Below, piece after piece: positions 17,610 to 26,293 of a stretch of DNA of 28,546 bases. Below the pieces are notes generated by a model. The model had not been told where the DNA came from and did not search any database. It was given only the letters and a program-made list of their open reading frames with translations. Position numbers and translations under genes: made by a program. Source of the DNA: a virus (taxonomy: Duplodnaviria > Caudoviricetes); the IMG/VR virus record IMGVR_UViG_3300009156_000281, positions 1 to 28,546 of that record. One strand, given 5' to 3'. Each line of letters opens with the position of its first letter. Position 1 is the stretch's first letter.

Positions 17610-18952
17610 AGCGATTAGACTTCTCAATCCCGGATTTCTTCCGAACTATCTGGGTGTCGGAGCACGCGAAGGATACCTGGGAGTCCAGGATTCATGCGAT
17701 AGCCTCGAACTGGCCCTACATTGAGAGGGCTACTTTGACTCAAGGCTTGCGGGATGGAATTCTCCAAACCATTCTGCCTCAGCAACTTCCGGAGGTTCAG
17801 AACTGGGCCTTTGAGAAGCAAATCCCAATGGTTATCTTGGGTCTGGATGGAGAAACCGGCCTCCCATATGGAAACGCGGCTGCTCCATATCAGGAAGGAA
17901 GACCATTCTCCTATAGGATCTATTTCGGGAAGGCTCCTGAGAACTTCCAGAAGTATTGGAAGGAAAGTAATCAGCTCGCTATTGGGAGAGCTTTGGGATA
18001 CCCTCCCTGCTGCATTGAGTTCTTCACGAAGTATTGGAAGGGTGAGGGGTGGCACGACCTCACTTACCTTTCCTACGACGACCCGAACCAGAAGAACTTG
18101 ATGTATAACAATATCTTGCTCCGCTCTCTGGGAGTTCGTGCAGTTTCCCATTTGCCATGCTCCGTGAACTGCAAACCTTCCATTCGAATAGGGATGGACG
18201 TATTCTCGGTCATGGAGAAGTGTGGTCATCAGGCAGAGATAATTGAGTGGATGAAGACCCTCCTCTCGATGCCGATGAAGTGGTCCTCGCTCCACGGGAT
18301 TGCTATTACTACGACGCCTCTATTCAAGTTGATAAACGCGACCGACCCGCTTCCCTCAGTAGCAGACCTCCATCTGGCGAGTGACTATTATCCTCTGGAG
18401 GGTGCGAGCGGAGTCCTCTTTCCATTTCAGAAGGTGCAGCATCTAAGACTCTCAAAGTCGAAGGATACTGATTTTCTGGACAATGGATTCGGGTCGCGGA
18501 GCGCGATGGAAGCGGCGCATCGGTTCATCATCTCGATGATACCGAAGGAACTCTCTGGGGGGATAGCTACCAATGTCCTGGATCTTGGTTGCGGTAATGG
18601 TCGCCTCCTACAGAGTATTAAGAAACTACATCCGTATGTAACAGTCTACGGAGTAGATACAAAGTCGATGAAGTTCGACGGGTTCACTCAGGTAGACATT
18701 TACGACTACGAATGGGAGGGGCAATACGAGCTAGTTCTCATGTCGGTAGAGAGGTTGCATGAAGTAGATAAGGAAGTTGCCTCTGACTTGCTCCAAGCAA
18801 TTAGGTTGCATTCCAAGTATCTCCTCCTTTCCACCTACAACAATTGGATGCACGGATTCGACCATGTAATCGACAAGTTGTTCTCTGTAGTTTCTGTCGG
18901 CCTCGATCCTGCACTCGGGTATGAGGCTAAACTTCTTGAGAGGAAAATCTAA
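17591..18952 (+). CDS. DUF483-like Cys-rich domain fused to a class I SAM-dependent methyltransferase
   Basis: IGRALGYPPCCIEFF (from 17981) and HLPCSVNC..S (18149-18172) resemble DUF483 motifs as recalled. VLDLGCGNGRLL (from 18575) plus VYGVD are methyltransferase motifs I and II. Confidence 0.75.
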   Translation: MVTDKLERLDFSIPDFFRTIWVSEHAKDTWESRIHAIASNWPYIERATLTQGLRDGILQTILPQQLPEVQNWAFEKQIPMVILGLDGETGLPYGNAAAPYQEGRPFSYRIYFGKAPENFQKYWKESNQLAIGRALGYPPCCIEFFTKYWKGEGWHDLTYLSYDDPNQKNLMYNNILLRSLGVRAVSHLPCSVNCKPSIRIGMDVFSVMEKCGHQAEIIEWMKTLLSMPMKWSSLHGIAITTTPLFKLINATDPLPSVADLHLASDYYPLEGASGVLFPFQKVQHLRLSKSKDTDFLDNGFGSRSAMEAAHRFIISMIPKELSGGIATNVLDLGCGNGRLLQSIKKLHPYVTVYGVDTKSMKFDGFTQVDIYDYEWEGQYELVLMSVERLHEVDKEVASDLLQAIRLHSKYLLLSTYNNWMHGFDHVIDKLFSVVSVGLDPALGYEAKLLERKI

Positions 18953-19596
18953 TGGCCTATGACTTGAATCGATGCCCGCAGACCGAGGCAGAAGCACAGG
19001 ACTACATCTTCACGCTTTACAACCGCACGATCGGTCAGCCCGCGAACGACTGGCAGGGCGTGATGCAGAATAGCAATCTGCCTCACAACATCTACACTCC
19101 TGGCCTCAAGGCAGACGGAACCTGGCCGATGTTCGGGTTCACGCAGATGTGGTCGAACGGCCCTCGGGGACGCATTTTTCTGCCGAGTCAGAGCGCCGAC
19201 GAGAACAACTACTACACTCGTCAGATTCAGGTCATCGAGGACGCTCCTGAGGGTGGATTGCGTTGGGCGTGGAAATACATCTCCGGATTCGCCTACTCGC
19301 CGGTTCAGGGAGTCTCAGAAGTGCCTCCCGGAACTGGTCCTCCTCCCGCAGTCATCATCGGCGGCGGTCTGACCGAGGCCCAGGTTCAGGCGATGATTGA
19401 CGACAGCATCGCTCAGGCCATCGCGGGTTTTCAAGGGGTCCTCTACGGGGACAAGATAGCCCTGAGGACGAACTCTGGACTTCTAGCAGGTATCCAGGGG
19501 GGCGGACCCACCGTCGAGGACCAGCCGGTGAACCTTATTGGGAAGAATGATCCTCCCCATGCCTGGGAGTCATTCGAAGTCGTAAAGGGTGAATGA
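18952..19596 (+). CDS. Hypothetical protein with a single C-terminal fascin-like (beta-trefoil) repeat
   Basis: GDKIALRTNSG.....GGG.....L.......AWESFEV matches one fascin-type foil; it is preceded by a Pro linker and a short amphipathic helix. Confidence 0.6.
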   Translation: MAYDLNRCPQTEAEAQDYIFTLYNRTIGQPANDWQGVMQNSNLPHNIYTPGLKADGTWPMFGFTQMWSNGPRGRIFLPSQSADENNYYTRQIQVIEDAPEGGLRWAWKYISGFAYSPVQGVSEVPPGTGPPPAVIIGGGLTEAQVQAMIDDSIAQAIAGFQGVLYGDKIALRTNSGLLAGIQGGGPTVEDQPVNLIGKNDPPHAWESFEVVKGE

Positions 19597-19976
19597 AGAT
19601 TCGTCCTTTCCAGGATTCGGATATGCTCGCCATAGACGAAATCTGGAAGAAGCACCACAGCAACGACTTTTCCGTTCCGAACCGAGAGACTCGCTTGGTC
19701 GAGTGGGTAGCGGAGGAGGATGGGAAGGTCGTTGCTTACGGGCAAGTCAAGCTCTTTGCCGAGGCTATGATAATCCTTGATAAAGATGCCTCACAACGTG
19801 CTAAGATAGAGTCCTTAAAGGGTCTGCTTTTTGAAGCTTTCCGAGGAACTAATTTAGCAGGTCTTGAGGACATCTATTGTTTCATCCGAGATCCTTCCTT
19901 CGCATCTATCCTCATCAACCATTTTGGCTTCGAGCTAGTCGATAATCCAGGCGAACTTCTATTGAGGAAGGTGTAA
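19593..19976 (+). CDS. GNAT-fold acetyltransferase-like virion assembly protein
   Basis: MKIRPF..SD...I, VAEEDGKVVAYG and HFGFE are GNAT-like; it precedes the ejection genes, the slot occupied by T7 gp13 and P22 gp14. Confidence 0.7.
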   Translation: MKIRPFQDSDMLAIDEIWKKHHSNDFSVPNRETRLVEWVAEEDGKVVAYGQVKLFAEAMIILDKDASQRAKIESLKGLLFEAFRGTNLAGLEDIYCFIRDPSFASILINHFGFELVDNPGELLLRKV

Positions 19977-19977
19977 T

Positions 19978-21312
19978 ATGGGTGGAGGTAAGGAAGGGAA
20001 AAAGACCAACACGATGATCGACACGGATAGGACCAAGGCCACCCAAGAGCACAATACCTACATGGGAGCGGTCAACACTGGTCTAACCGGAGCGCAGTCT
20101 CGTGCGGGTGATATGTATGGAGTCCAGTATGGCGGCTTCAAGGACTTCTCGGAAGGGAAATACAACTACGGCTCTCCAGACCTTCAAGGAGCGGGAGGTG
20201 GCGGTGGAGGTGGTGGAGGCGGAGGTGGCGGGTATGCTCCTGCTGCTGCAGACGAACGAGGTAGTCTCGCTACAGACTCCTATAAGAAGTTCCTCGAATC
20301 GGGAGGAGCGGATCGAACCCTCTTTGACACGCATCAAGCGACTCTCTCAGAGCTTGAGAAGAGTGGCGGCTGGTCTCCCGAACGCATGGCATCGATGCAG
20401 GGCAATATTGATGCGTTCAAGGAGATGGGTCGGACGGGAGGGGTAGACGCTGCGGGTCAGGCGAGGATTCGTGGTGGGGGCATGTTCGAGGACTGGGCAC
20501 GCACTGGAGGCTTGTCTAGTCAAGATATGGGGAACATGCGAGCGCGTGGGAATTCGGTCATCCCGTCGTATTACAAGACGATGCAGGATGAGTCGAACCG
20601 GATGGGGGCTATCCAAGGTGGATACGGCCCTGGTCGGCAGGCGATGGCTTCTCGTGCCGCTCGAGACCAGGCTTACAACGCACAACGAGCAGCCCTGGAT
20701 ACCGAGCTTGGAATTTCGGATACGAAGAGGAAGGGTCAGCAGTGGGGCGGACAGCAGATGTCCTCCTCCGAGCAAGGACTCCAAGAACTCCTCTCTCGTA
20801 ATCGGACAGCAGGCCTCACTGGAGCCACCCAAGCTGAAACTGGGATGGTTTCAGACATTGCGCGGACTCGTGGAACTTCTGCTTCATCTGCTGGAGCGAA
20901 TGAGCTAGAGATGCAGGGTCTCCTCCAGAAGGGCAAGATGTTCGGGACTGAAGGATTGGCAGCCCAAGCAGAAGCCGAAGCTAACAGAGCGGCTCAGAGT
21001 GCTGCTGCCGCTGCTGCTCGGGGAGACTACAATCGGCAGTGGGAAGCTCAATTCAACGCAGGAAATCGGCTCGCTGGTCTCGAAGGTATGAATGCTCTTT
21101 ATACTTCGAAACCGGCTGAGGTCGACATGTATCTCGGGGCGAATCGCTCCGGGAGAGACCTAGCCTACGGACAACAGAGCACAACCTACGATGCGAGAAT
21201 GCAAAACAATCCCAAGACAGATTGGGTGGGCCTTGCAGGTAGCCTCGCAGGTGGTGCGGGTGGCTTGATGACTGGAGCCGGTGCTCTTGGCTTCGGAAAG
21301 AAGAAGAAGTAA
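19978..21312 (+). CDS. Putative ejection (internal virion) protein 1
   Basis: Gly/Ala/Gln/Met-rich and Cys-free; G13 tract at 20194-20232; hydrophobic Gly-rich C-terminus ending KKKK; follows the GNAT gene. Confidence 0.65.
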   Translation: MGGGKEGKKTNTMIDTDRTKATQEHNTYMGAVNTGLTGAQSRAGDMYGVQYGGFKDFSEGKYNYGSPDLQGAGGGGGGGGGGGGGYAPAAADERGSLATDSYKKFLESGGADRTLFDTHQATLSELEKSGGWSPERMASMQGNIDAFKEMGRTGGVDAAGQARIRGGGMFEDWARTGGLSSQDMGNMRARGNSVIPSYYKTMQDESNRMGAIQGGYGPGRQAMASRAARDQAYNAQRAALDTELGISDTKRKGQQWGGQQMSSSEQGLQELLSRNRTAGLTGATQAETGMVSDIARTRGTSASSAGANELEMQGLLQKGKMFGTEGLAAQAEAEANRAAQSAAAAAARGDYNRQWEAQFNAGNRLAGLEGMNALYTSKPAEVDMYLGANRSGRDLAYGQQSTTYDARMQNNPKTDWVGLAGSLAGGAGGLMTGAGALGFGKKKK

Positions 21313-22385
21313 TGGGACTCATGGACTCCTATCGTCTCAACAGTATTATGGGGGGTCAGAGGAAAAGCCCCTATAAGTCTGTCAACTTCAACACTCCCGA
21401 CGCCCTAGAGACACCGATTGGTCCCAGAGGTGTGAGCTTCCAGCAACCAGAGATTCAGATCCCGACCGAGGACGAGGATGATTCGTCCAGATACTATCGG
21501 ATGATTCAGGACATTCGAAACGAGCAGACGCCGGGAATGACAGCTTACAAAACTGCCCTCCAGCACCGACCGCAGGAGGAGGAATACAAGCCGAATGCCT
21601 GGACCCGAACTGCCTCTGCCCTCTCTGGGTTCTCTGCTGGATTGAAGGATGCTGGCAAGGGCATCACCACTGCTATGGGTCTCAACAGAGAACCTTATCG
21701 CAGGGCGATGGAAGAATACCAGGGTCAACTTTCTGGACTGGAAGAACAGGCAGGGATGGAGCAGGACGAGCGGGAATCTCGGATGGAAGCAATTCGAGAT
21801 GCCTCGAGGATGGGACTGGAACATCAAAAGTTCCTGCAACAGGGACAGCACAATCGGGCGCTTGAGGGGACTGCTGCGGAGAACGCTCGTGCTAACATCA
21901 TGAGAGCGGAAGCCTCGACGAAGCCCACCTACGCTCTACACGCAACACAAGGTGGGTTCCTCGCGGTCAATAGCAAAGACCCGAGCGATACCAAGATGAT
22001 TGCAGCCAAGACTCCTCAGGATGCAGCCCATGAAGTTGCCCTGATGAACGCACGGAACTCACAGGCCCAGACTCAGATAAGCAGAGAGCAGCTCCAGAGA
22101 GGCTTGAATCAGGACCAAGTTAACAACTACTATCGGGATGCAGACCTCAGCATCCGAAGCCGAACTGCCGACGCGAATGCCAACAAGCCCCCGACTCCTG
22201 CCTCACAAACCAGTGCGCGTGAGCTGGCTCTCGATAAGCTTATGATGCATCCGAAGTGGAGCAAGTTTGTTGGGACGAAGGATGAACCCAAGGGTCCGCA
22301 GGACTTTACTCCGGAGCAGTGGAATACATTCCAGCAAACTTTGAGGGCGCTGGAAGAGGAAATCCTAGCAGGAGGGGGTGAGTAA
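21312..22385 (+). CDS. Putative ejection (internal virion) protein 2
   Basis: 357 aa, helical, Gln/Glu/Ala-rich, Cys-free; TAATG coupled on both sides. Confidence 0.6.
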   Translation: MGLMDSYRLNSIMGGQRKSPYKSVNFNTPDALETPIGPRGVSFQQPEIQIPTEDEDDSSRYYRMIQDIRNEQTPGMTAYKTALQHRPQEEEYKPNAWTRTASALSGFSAGLKDAGKGITTAMGLNREPYRRAMEEYQGQLSGLEEQAGMEQDERESRMEAIRDASRMGLEHQKFLQQGQHNRALEGTAAENARANIMRAEASTKPTYALHATQGGFLAVNSKDPSDTKMIAAKTPQDAAHEVALMNARNSQAQTQISREQLQRGLNQDQVNNYYRDADLSIRSRTADANANKPPTPASQTSARELALDKLMMHPKWSKFVGTKDEPKGPQDFTPEQWNTFQQTLRALEEEILAGGGE

Positions 22386-25300
22386 TGCCTCGCCAAAAAC
22401 TCAGTTTCGATTCGCCTCCTCCGAACCTCAGCTTCTCTTCACCGACTCAAGCTCAGGAGCCTCAGCGACCGGCTCGTCGGAGCTTTGCCGAGATAGAGGC
22501 GGAGCAGAGTGCTCTCCTTGACAAATACGAAGCAGAGCAAGGGACAGGAGAATCCATCTGGGAAAACGCAAATCGTCCTCGATGGACAAAGCCTGCTGAG
22601 TGGGGGCAGCAATTAGGGGAGTTCGTAGAGAGCGCCCCAATTACCTCTCCAATGGGTCTCGTCAGGAATAAGGTAGCAGGTGCAGCCTCTAGATTCGCAG
22701 GGAACACCGTCTCCCAAGCTACCTCTCCAGTAGGCGCTGCTACACTTGCCGCGACCGCAGTTTCAGGTGGAGCAGCTGCGCCTCTCCTCGGTGGTAGGAT
22801 GGCTGCGGGAGCTGCGATTCCCTTTGCTGCGGGACGTGTGGCTCAGGGAATTGGTGCGCTGCAAACTGCACATGGAATAGGTGAGGTCGGGGGAGGTCTG
22901 TCAGAGGGGGATTACGGGCGGGCAGGAATGGGGGCGGTGGAGGTAGGCTTTGGTGCTCTGGGCCTTCGGAATCCTGGAGGGAAGCCTCGTCCTACTGTGG
23001 GATCGAATGTCGGAAATGTAGGACTCGAAGATATCGGTGCGCCTCCGACTACTACGACCGGGATTCGTGGGACTCCCATGCAGCCTCAGGGTCGTCCTGT
23101 AGGGGGGCCAAATCTCGCTGGGACTGATCCGACTCTTACGACTCAACCGAGGACAATTCCGCTTCAGGGTCAGACCTCCCCACTCAGAGCACATCCTCGG
23201 AGAATGCTACCGGAGAATGCAGCAACGCCTCCTCCTCTACAAAGTGACCTGCCTGGGCCTCCCAGATTCATAGCTGGTCCAGCAGGAACCGAAGTTTTCC
23301 CTGGGAACCGATCTTTGGGCGTTGTAGAGAAGGGCCGAGTCTCTAATGTCTCTGCTGGGATGGGTGGTGCTCAGACTCCTGAGAAGTCAGCATTCGAGGC
23401 TCTGGTCCCTGACCGCTATAAGCGGAGCGCGCAGGGAATCTCGGATGAAGGCCTCACCTACAACTGGAGAGGCGAAACTGTTGAGCCTCCGACTCCAGGG
23501 TTGCGCCTCAATCCTCAGGGACAGCTCCGGCCCGAAAAGGGCTTCAGCATGGACTTCCCGCAGATGGTCGATAAGTATGGTCTAGAGGAAGCTGCGGCTC
23601 GAGCGCGCGTGACTGAAGCAGAAGCTCGGAAGCTCCTGAAGGGCAAACCGATAGTTCCAGCTGCAAAGCCGAAGGCTAAGTCGAAGTATCCTCCTCCGAC
23701 CCTGACTGGTAAACAGCCAAAAAAAGTGGAGGCGACACCCCCTGAAGTCATAGCAGCGGCTAAGAAGTTGCAGGCAATGACCCAGCGGGAAGCTGCTCCC
23801 GTCGCCACTGCTGCTCCTGTTCAGGGGCCAAATCTGGGAGCGATGAAAACCACGGAGCTTAAGGCTCTGGCAGCGGAGGGAAATACGCAGGCTGCTGATA
23901 TTCTCGCCAAGAGAGCAGCCTCCCCTCGTCAACCGACCTCCCTGAAAGAGCGGTTGGCAAATGCGATTCCCGAAAGACTGAAGGGAGAGACCGGAGCTAT
24001 CGGACCTGGGGTCGGCCAGCTGAATGTGACCAAGGCTGCCCTAGACGATGTGGACCGACAGATCGCTGCAGCTGTGAAAAACGGCGAGCCGGTGGAGGGA
24101 CTCCTAGCAGACCGTGAGGATGCGTATAACGCTTGGCAGAGTGCTAGGGGTGTAGATCCAAAGGCGGAGGTTCCTCGGAATGCTTTGGCTAGAGGGCCTC
24201 GGGAATCCCTGAATCCAGAGTTCGATGCGCGACGTCAAGCTATGGCTGACGACACAGCTCGAATGGAGAGGGAGCGTCTGGAAAAGCCATTCAATCAGGC
24301 AGAGCAAGATAAGGTTGATGATTGGAACAGAAGGACTGACAGGTCAGCTCTCTACGAGGGTAGGAATGTCAATGATATTCGCACTCCCCTCGATGAACGA
24401 CAGCTTCAGGTAAAAGCTGCTAACGACAAGATGCGGCAGTTCTCAGATGAACGCGCGCGTTGGTTCTCTGAGCAGGAGGAACAGCTACCAGAAGGTGAGT
24501 TCTTCAAGCCTCCTCCCGGACGCACGAAAGAGGACTTCAATCGGGAATACGGGCGGATGCAGGACGAGCGTAATGCCCTCGTTGAAAGACTCTATCCAGA
24601 GGAAGTGCGCGCGCTCAAATCTCGTCCTCCAGATATCGACGTAGAGCCAATTCCGACTCGTCCAAGTTCAGACGACCCTCGTTGGCTAGAGTCAAGACAG
24701 CATTCTTCAGGCGTCGATGCAATGCTGCGAGAGGACTCTAATCCAAATTGGGAGCGTCCTCCTTTCCGTAACGTAGAGGATAAGCCGCCTTTCATCAATA
24801 CCGGAGAGGGGTCCACTATCGAATCGGGACGTCTGGTTCCGCATAAGGACTGGTATGCGGGACAAGACCGTATTGACCGGGGTCAGGTAGAGTCTGTCAA
24901 GGAGTTTGGAGTCAGCGCCCCAGAGGCAGCAGCGAGAAGTAAGCCTTACGTGACTATCGATGCAGATGGTAATTACCAGATTCACGATGGTCATCACAGG
25001 TCTACTGCAGCCTTGGAAAAGGGTGAAGCCCTCGACATGAACATAGAGGACTATAGCCCTAGGGACTCCTGGTTCCGCAAAACTCGCAACATGACCGGAT
25101 ACGACAGCCCATTTCGGGAGGCTGGGTCGAAGGCTGCCTCGAAGTTCAGTGCGGCAATGGATGCAGCTGAATCGAAGGAGCTAGGGGAATCCTCCTACGA
25201 TGCTCTGATTCGAAGTCTTGCGTCAATGCGGAGAAGGTTCGGAAATGAAACGGGAGCTGTAGGTAAGAACATCAATCCGATAATTAAGGAGCAGGCCCGG

Positions 25301-26293
25301 ATAAAGGCTGCTCGTGCTCAAGCAGCGGCGGGTGGAGCGAACAGAGGTCGGGTGCCGGGAGGAGGGAATCCGCCCTCTCCGAGACCTGGTGCTTCCCCAC
25401 CTCCAGGAGGACAGCCTCCTTCTACGGGTGCGGGAGCAGTTCCGAACAAACCAGCAGGGATTGGGGAGAAGGCGTGGAATGCGATGCTCCAGGCCAGAAT
25501 GACGGCGATGCTGTCAGGTCTGGCAATTCCCAAGTCGATGCTAGGGAACGTGGGAGCACACGCATTTGCGTCGATGGAGAGGAAGTCGATGAAACCTCTC
25601 CAGGAGCTTATGAATACGGGGGAGAATTGGAAGAATTTGAAGGCAGGATGGAAGGCGGGAGCTGTCACACCGGATGCTAACGACCTAGGGTTTGGTAAGT
25701 TCAACATTCCTGGTCGTGTCATGGGTGCATTCGATGAAATGTCGACCAAGAGCCTGCAAAGAGCTGGAATGACCGAAAAGGAAGCTAAGGAGATCCTCCT
25801 GACTTCTCCGACTACCTTTGGTAAATCCCTAGGCTTGCAGACTCCTCTGGGTAAGCTCCTGGTGCCCTTCCAAAAGACGCCCGCGAATACCATGAAGCAA
25901 GGATTCGAGCGCGCGTGGAAACACAAGGGTATCGGAGCCGGTGCAATAGGTGCGGGTGCTGCGATGGGAACGCAGACGGATGACCCGAAGAAGATTGCTT
26001 TGGCCTCCGCTCTAATGGGGCCATATGCTCTCCCATTCCTCCTCGGTGCCCTACCGACCGCAGGTGAGAAAGCAGTTCAGGGATTCTCTCCCATACCCGA
26101 ATGGTCGGTTCACAAATCGATCACGGACCCCTTTGCTCCCTTCCAGAAGCCAGGTTTTGCGCGGCTATTTGAGAAGAAGGGAGGAGACGCAAGCCTCTGG
26201 GGTAAGGAAGGGGATACGCGAATCTGGGAAAAGAAAAGCCCCGCCGGTCGGGCGAGGCCTAAGAGTTCCAACAGGCGCAGTCGGAGGGACTAA
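22385..26293 (+). CDS. Large putative ejection protein with a ParB/Srx-like domain
   Basis: 1302 aa, last gene of the operon, with Gly/Ala hydrophobic stretches near both ends; PYVTIDADGNYQIHDGHHRSTAALEKG around 24944-25024. Confidence 0.7.
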   Translation: MPRQKLSFDSPPPNLSFSSPTQAQEPQRPARRSFAEIEAEQSALLDKYEAEQGTGESIWENANRPRWTKPAEWGQQLGEFVESAPITSPMGLVRNKVAGAASRFAGNTVSQATSPVGAATLAATAVSGGAAAPLLGGRMAAGAAIPFAAGRVAQGIGALQTAHGIGEVGGGLSEGDYGRAGMGAVEVGFGALGLRNPGGKPRPTVGSNVGNVGLEDIGAPPTTTTGIRGTPMQPQGRPVGGPNLAGTDPTLTTQPRTIPLQGQTSPLRAHPRRMLPENAATPPPLQSDLPGPPRFIAGPAGTEVFPGNRSLGVVEKGRVSNVSAGMGGAQTPEKSAFEALVPDRYKRSAQGISDEGLTYNWRGETVEPPTPGLRLNPQGQLRPEKGFSMDFPQMVDKYGLEEAAARARVTEAEARKLLKGKPIVPAAKPKAKSKYPPPTLTGKQPKKVEATPPEVIAAAKKLQAMTQREAAPVATAAPVQGPNLGAMKTTELKALAAEGNTQAADILAKRAASPRQPTSLKERLANAIPERLKGETGAIGPGVGQLNVTKAALDDVDRQIAAAVKNGEPVEGLLADREDAYNAWQSARGVDPKAEVPRNALARGPRESLNPEFDARRQAMADDTARMERERLEKPFNQAEQDKVDDWNRRTDRSALYEGRNVNDIRTPLDERQLQVKAANDKMRQFSDERARWFSEQEEQLPEGEFFKPPPGRTKEDFNREYGRMQDERNALVERLYPEEVRALKSRPPDIDVEPIPTRPSSDDPRWLESRQHSSGVDAMLREDSNPNWERPPFRNVEDKPPFINTGEGSTIESGRLVPHKDWYAGQDRIDRGQVESVKEFGVSAPEAAARSKPYVTIDADGNYQIHDGHHRSTAALEKGEALDMNIEDYSPRDSWFRKTRNMTGYDSPFREAGSKAASKFSAAMDAAESKELGESSYDALIRSLASMRRRFGNETGAVGKNINPIIKEQARIKAARAQAAAGGANRGRVPGGGNPPSPRPGASPPPGGQPPSTGAGAVPNKPAGIGEKAWNAMLQARMTAMLSGLAIPKSMLGNVGAHAFASMERKSMKPLQELMNTGENWKNLKAGWKAGAVTPDANDLGFGKFNIPGRVMGAFDEMSTKSLQRAGMTEKEAKEILLTSPTTFGKSLGLQTPLGKLLVPFQKTPANTMKQGFERAWKHKGIGAGAIGAGAAMGTQTDDPKKIALASALMGPYALPFLLGALPTAGEKAVQGFSPIPEWSVHKSITDPFAPFQKPGFARLFEKKGGDASLWGKEGDTRIWEKKSPAGRARPKSSNRRSRRD
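26229..26258 (-). terminator. Intrinsic terminator for the leftward replication transcript
   Basis: Minus strand reads GCCTCGCC-cgacc-GGCGGGGC-TTTTCTTTT (8-bp stem, 1 G-U), about 30 nt after the helicase stop. Confidence 0.7.

Noticed and set aside
17624-18295. Long antisense or alternate-frame ORFs (e.g. 17624..18295-, 796..1422-, 221..769-, 25318..25926-, 27744..28259-)
   Set aside because: They are shadows of well-supported genes, with no recognisable motifs or ribosome-binding context.
20194-20232. G-rich run as a hypervariable microsatellite
   Set aside because: It encodes Gly13 with mixed GGA/GGT/GGC/GGG codons, so it is a protein linker rather than a slippage tract.
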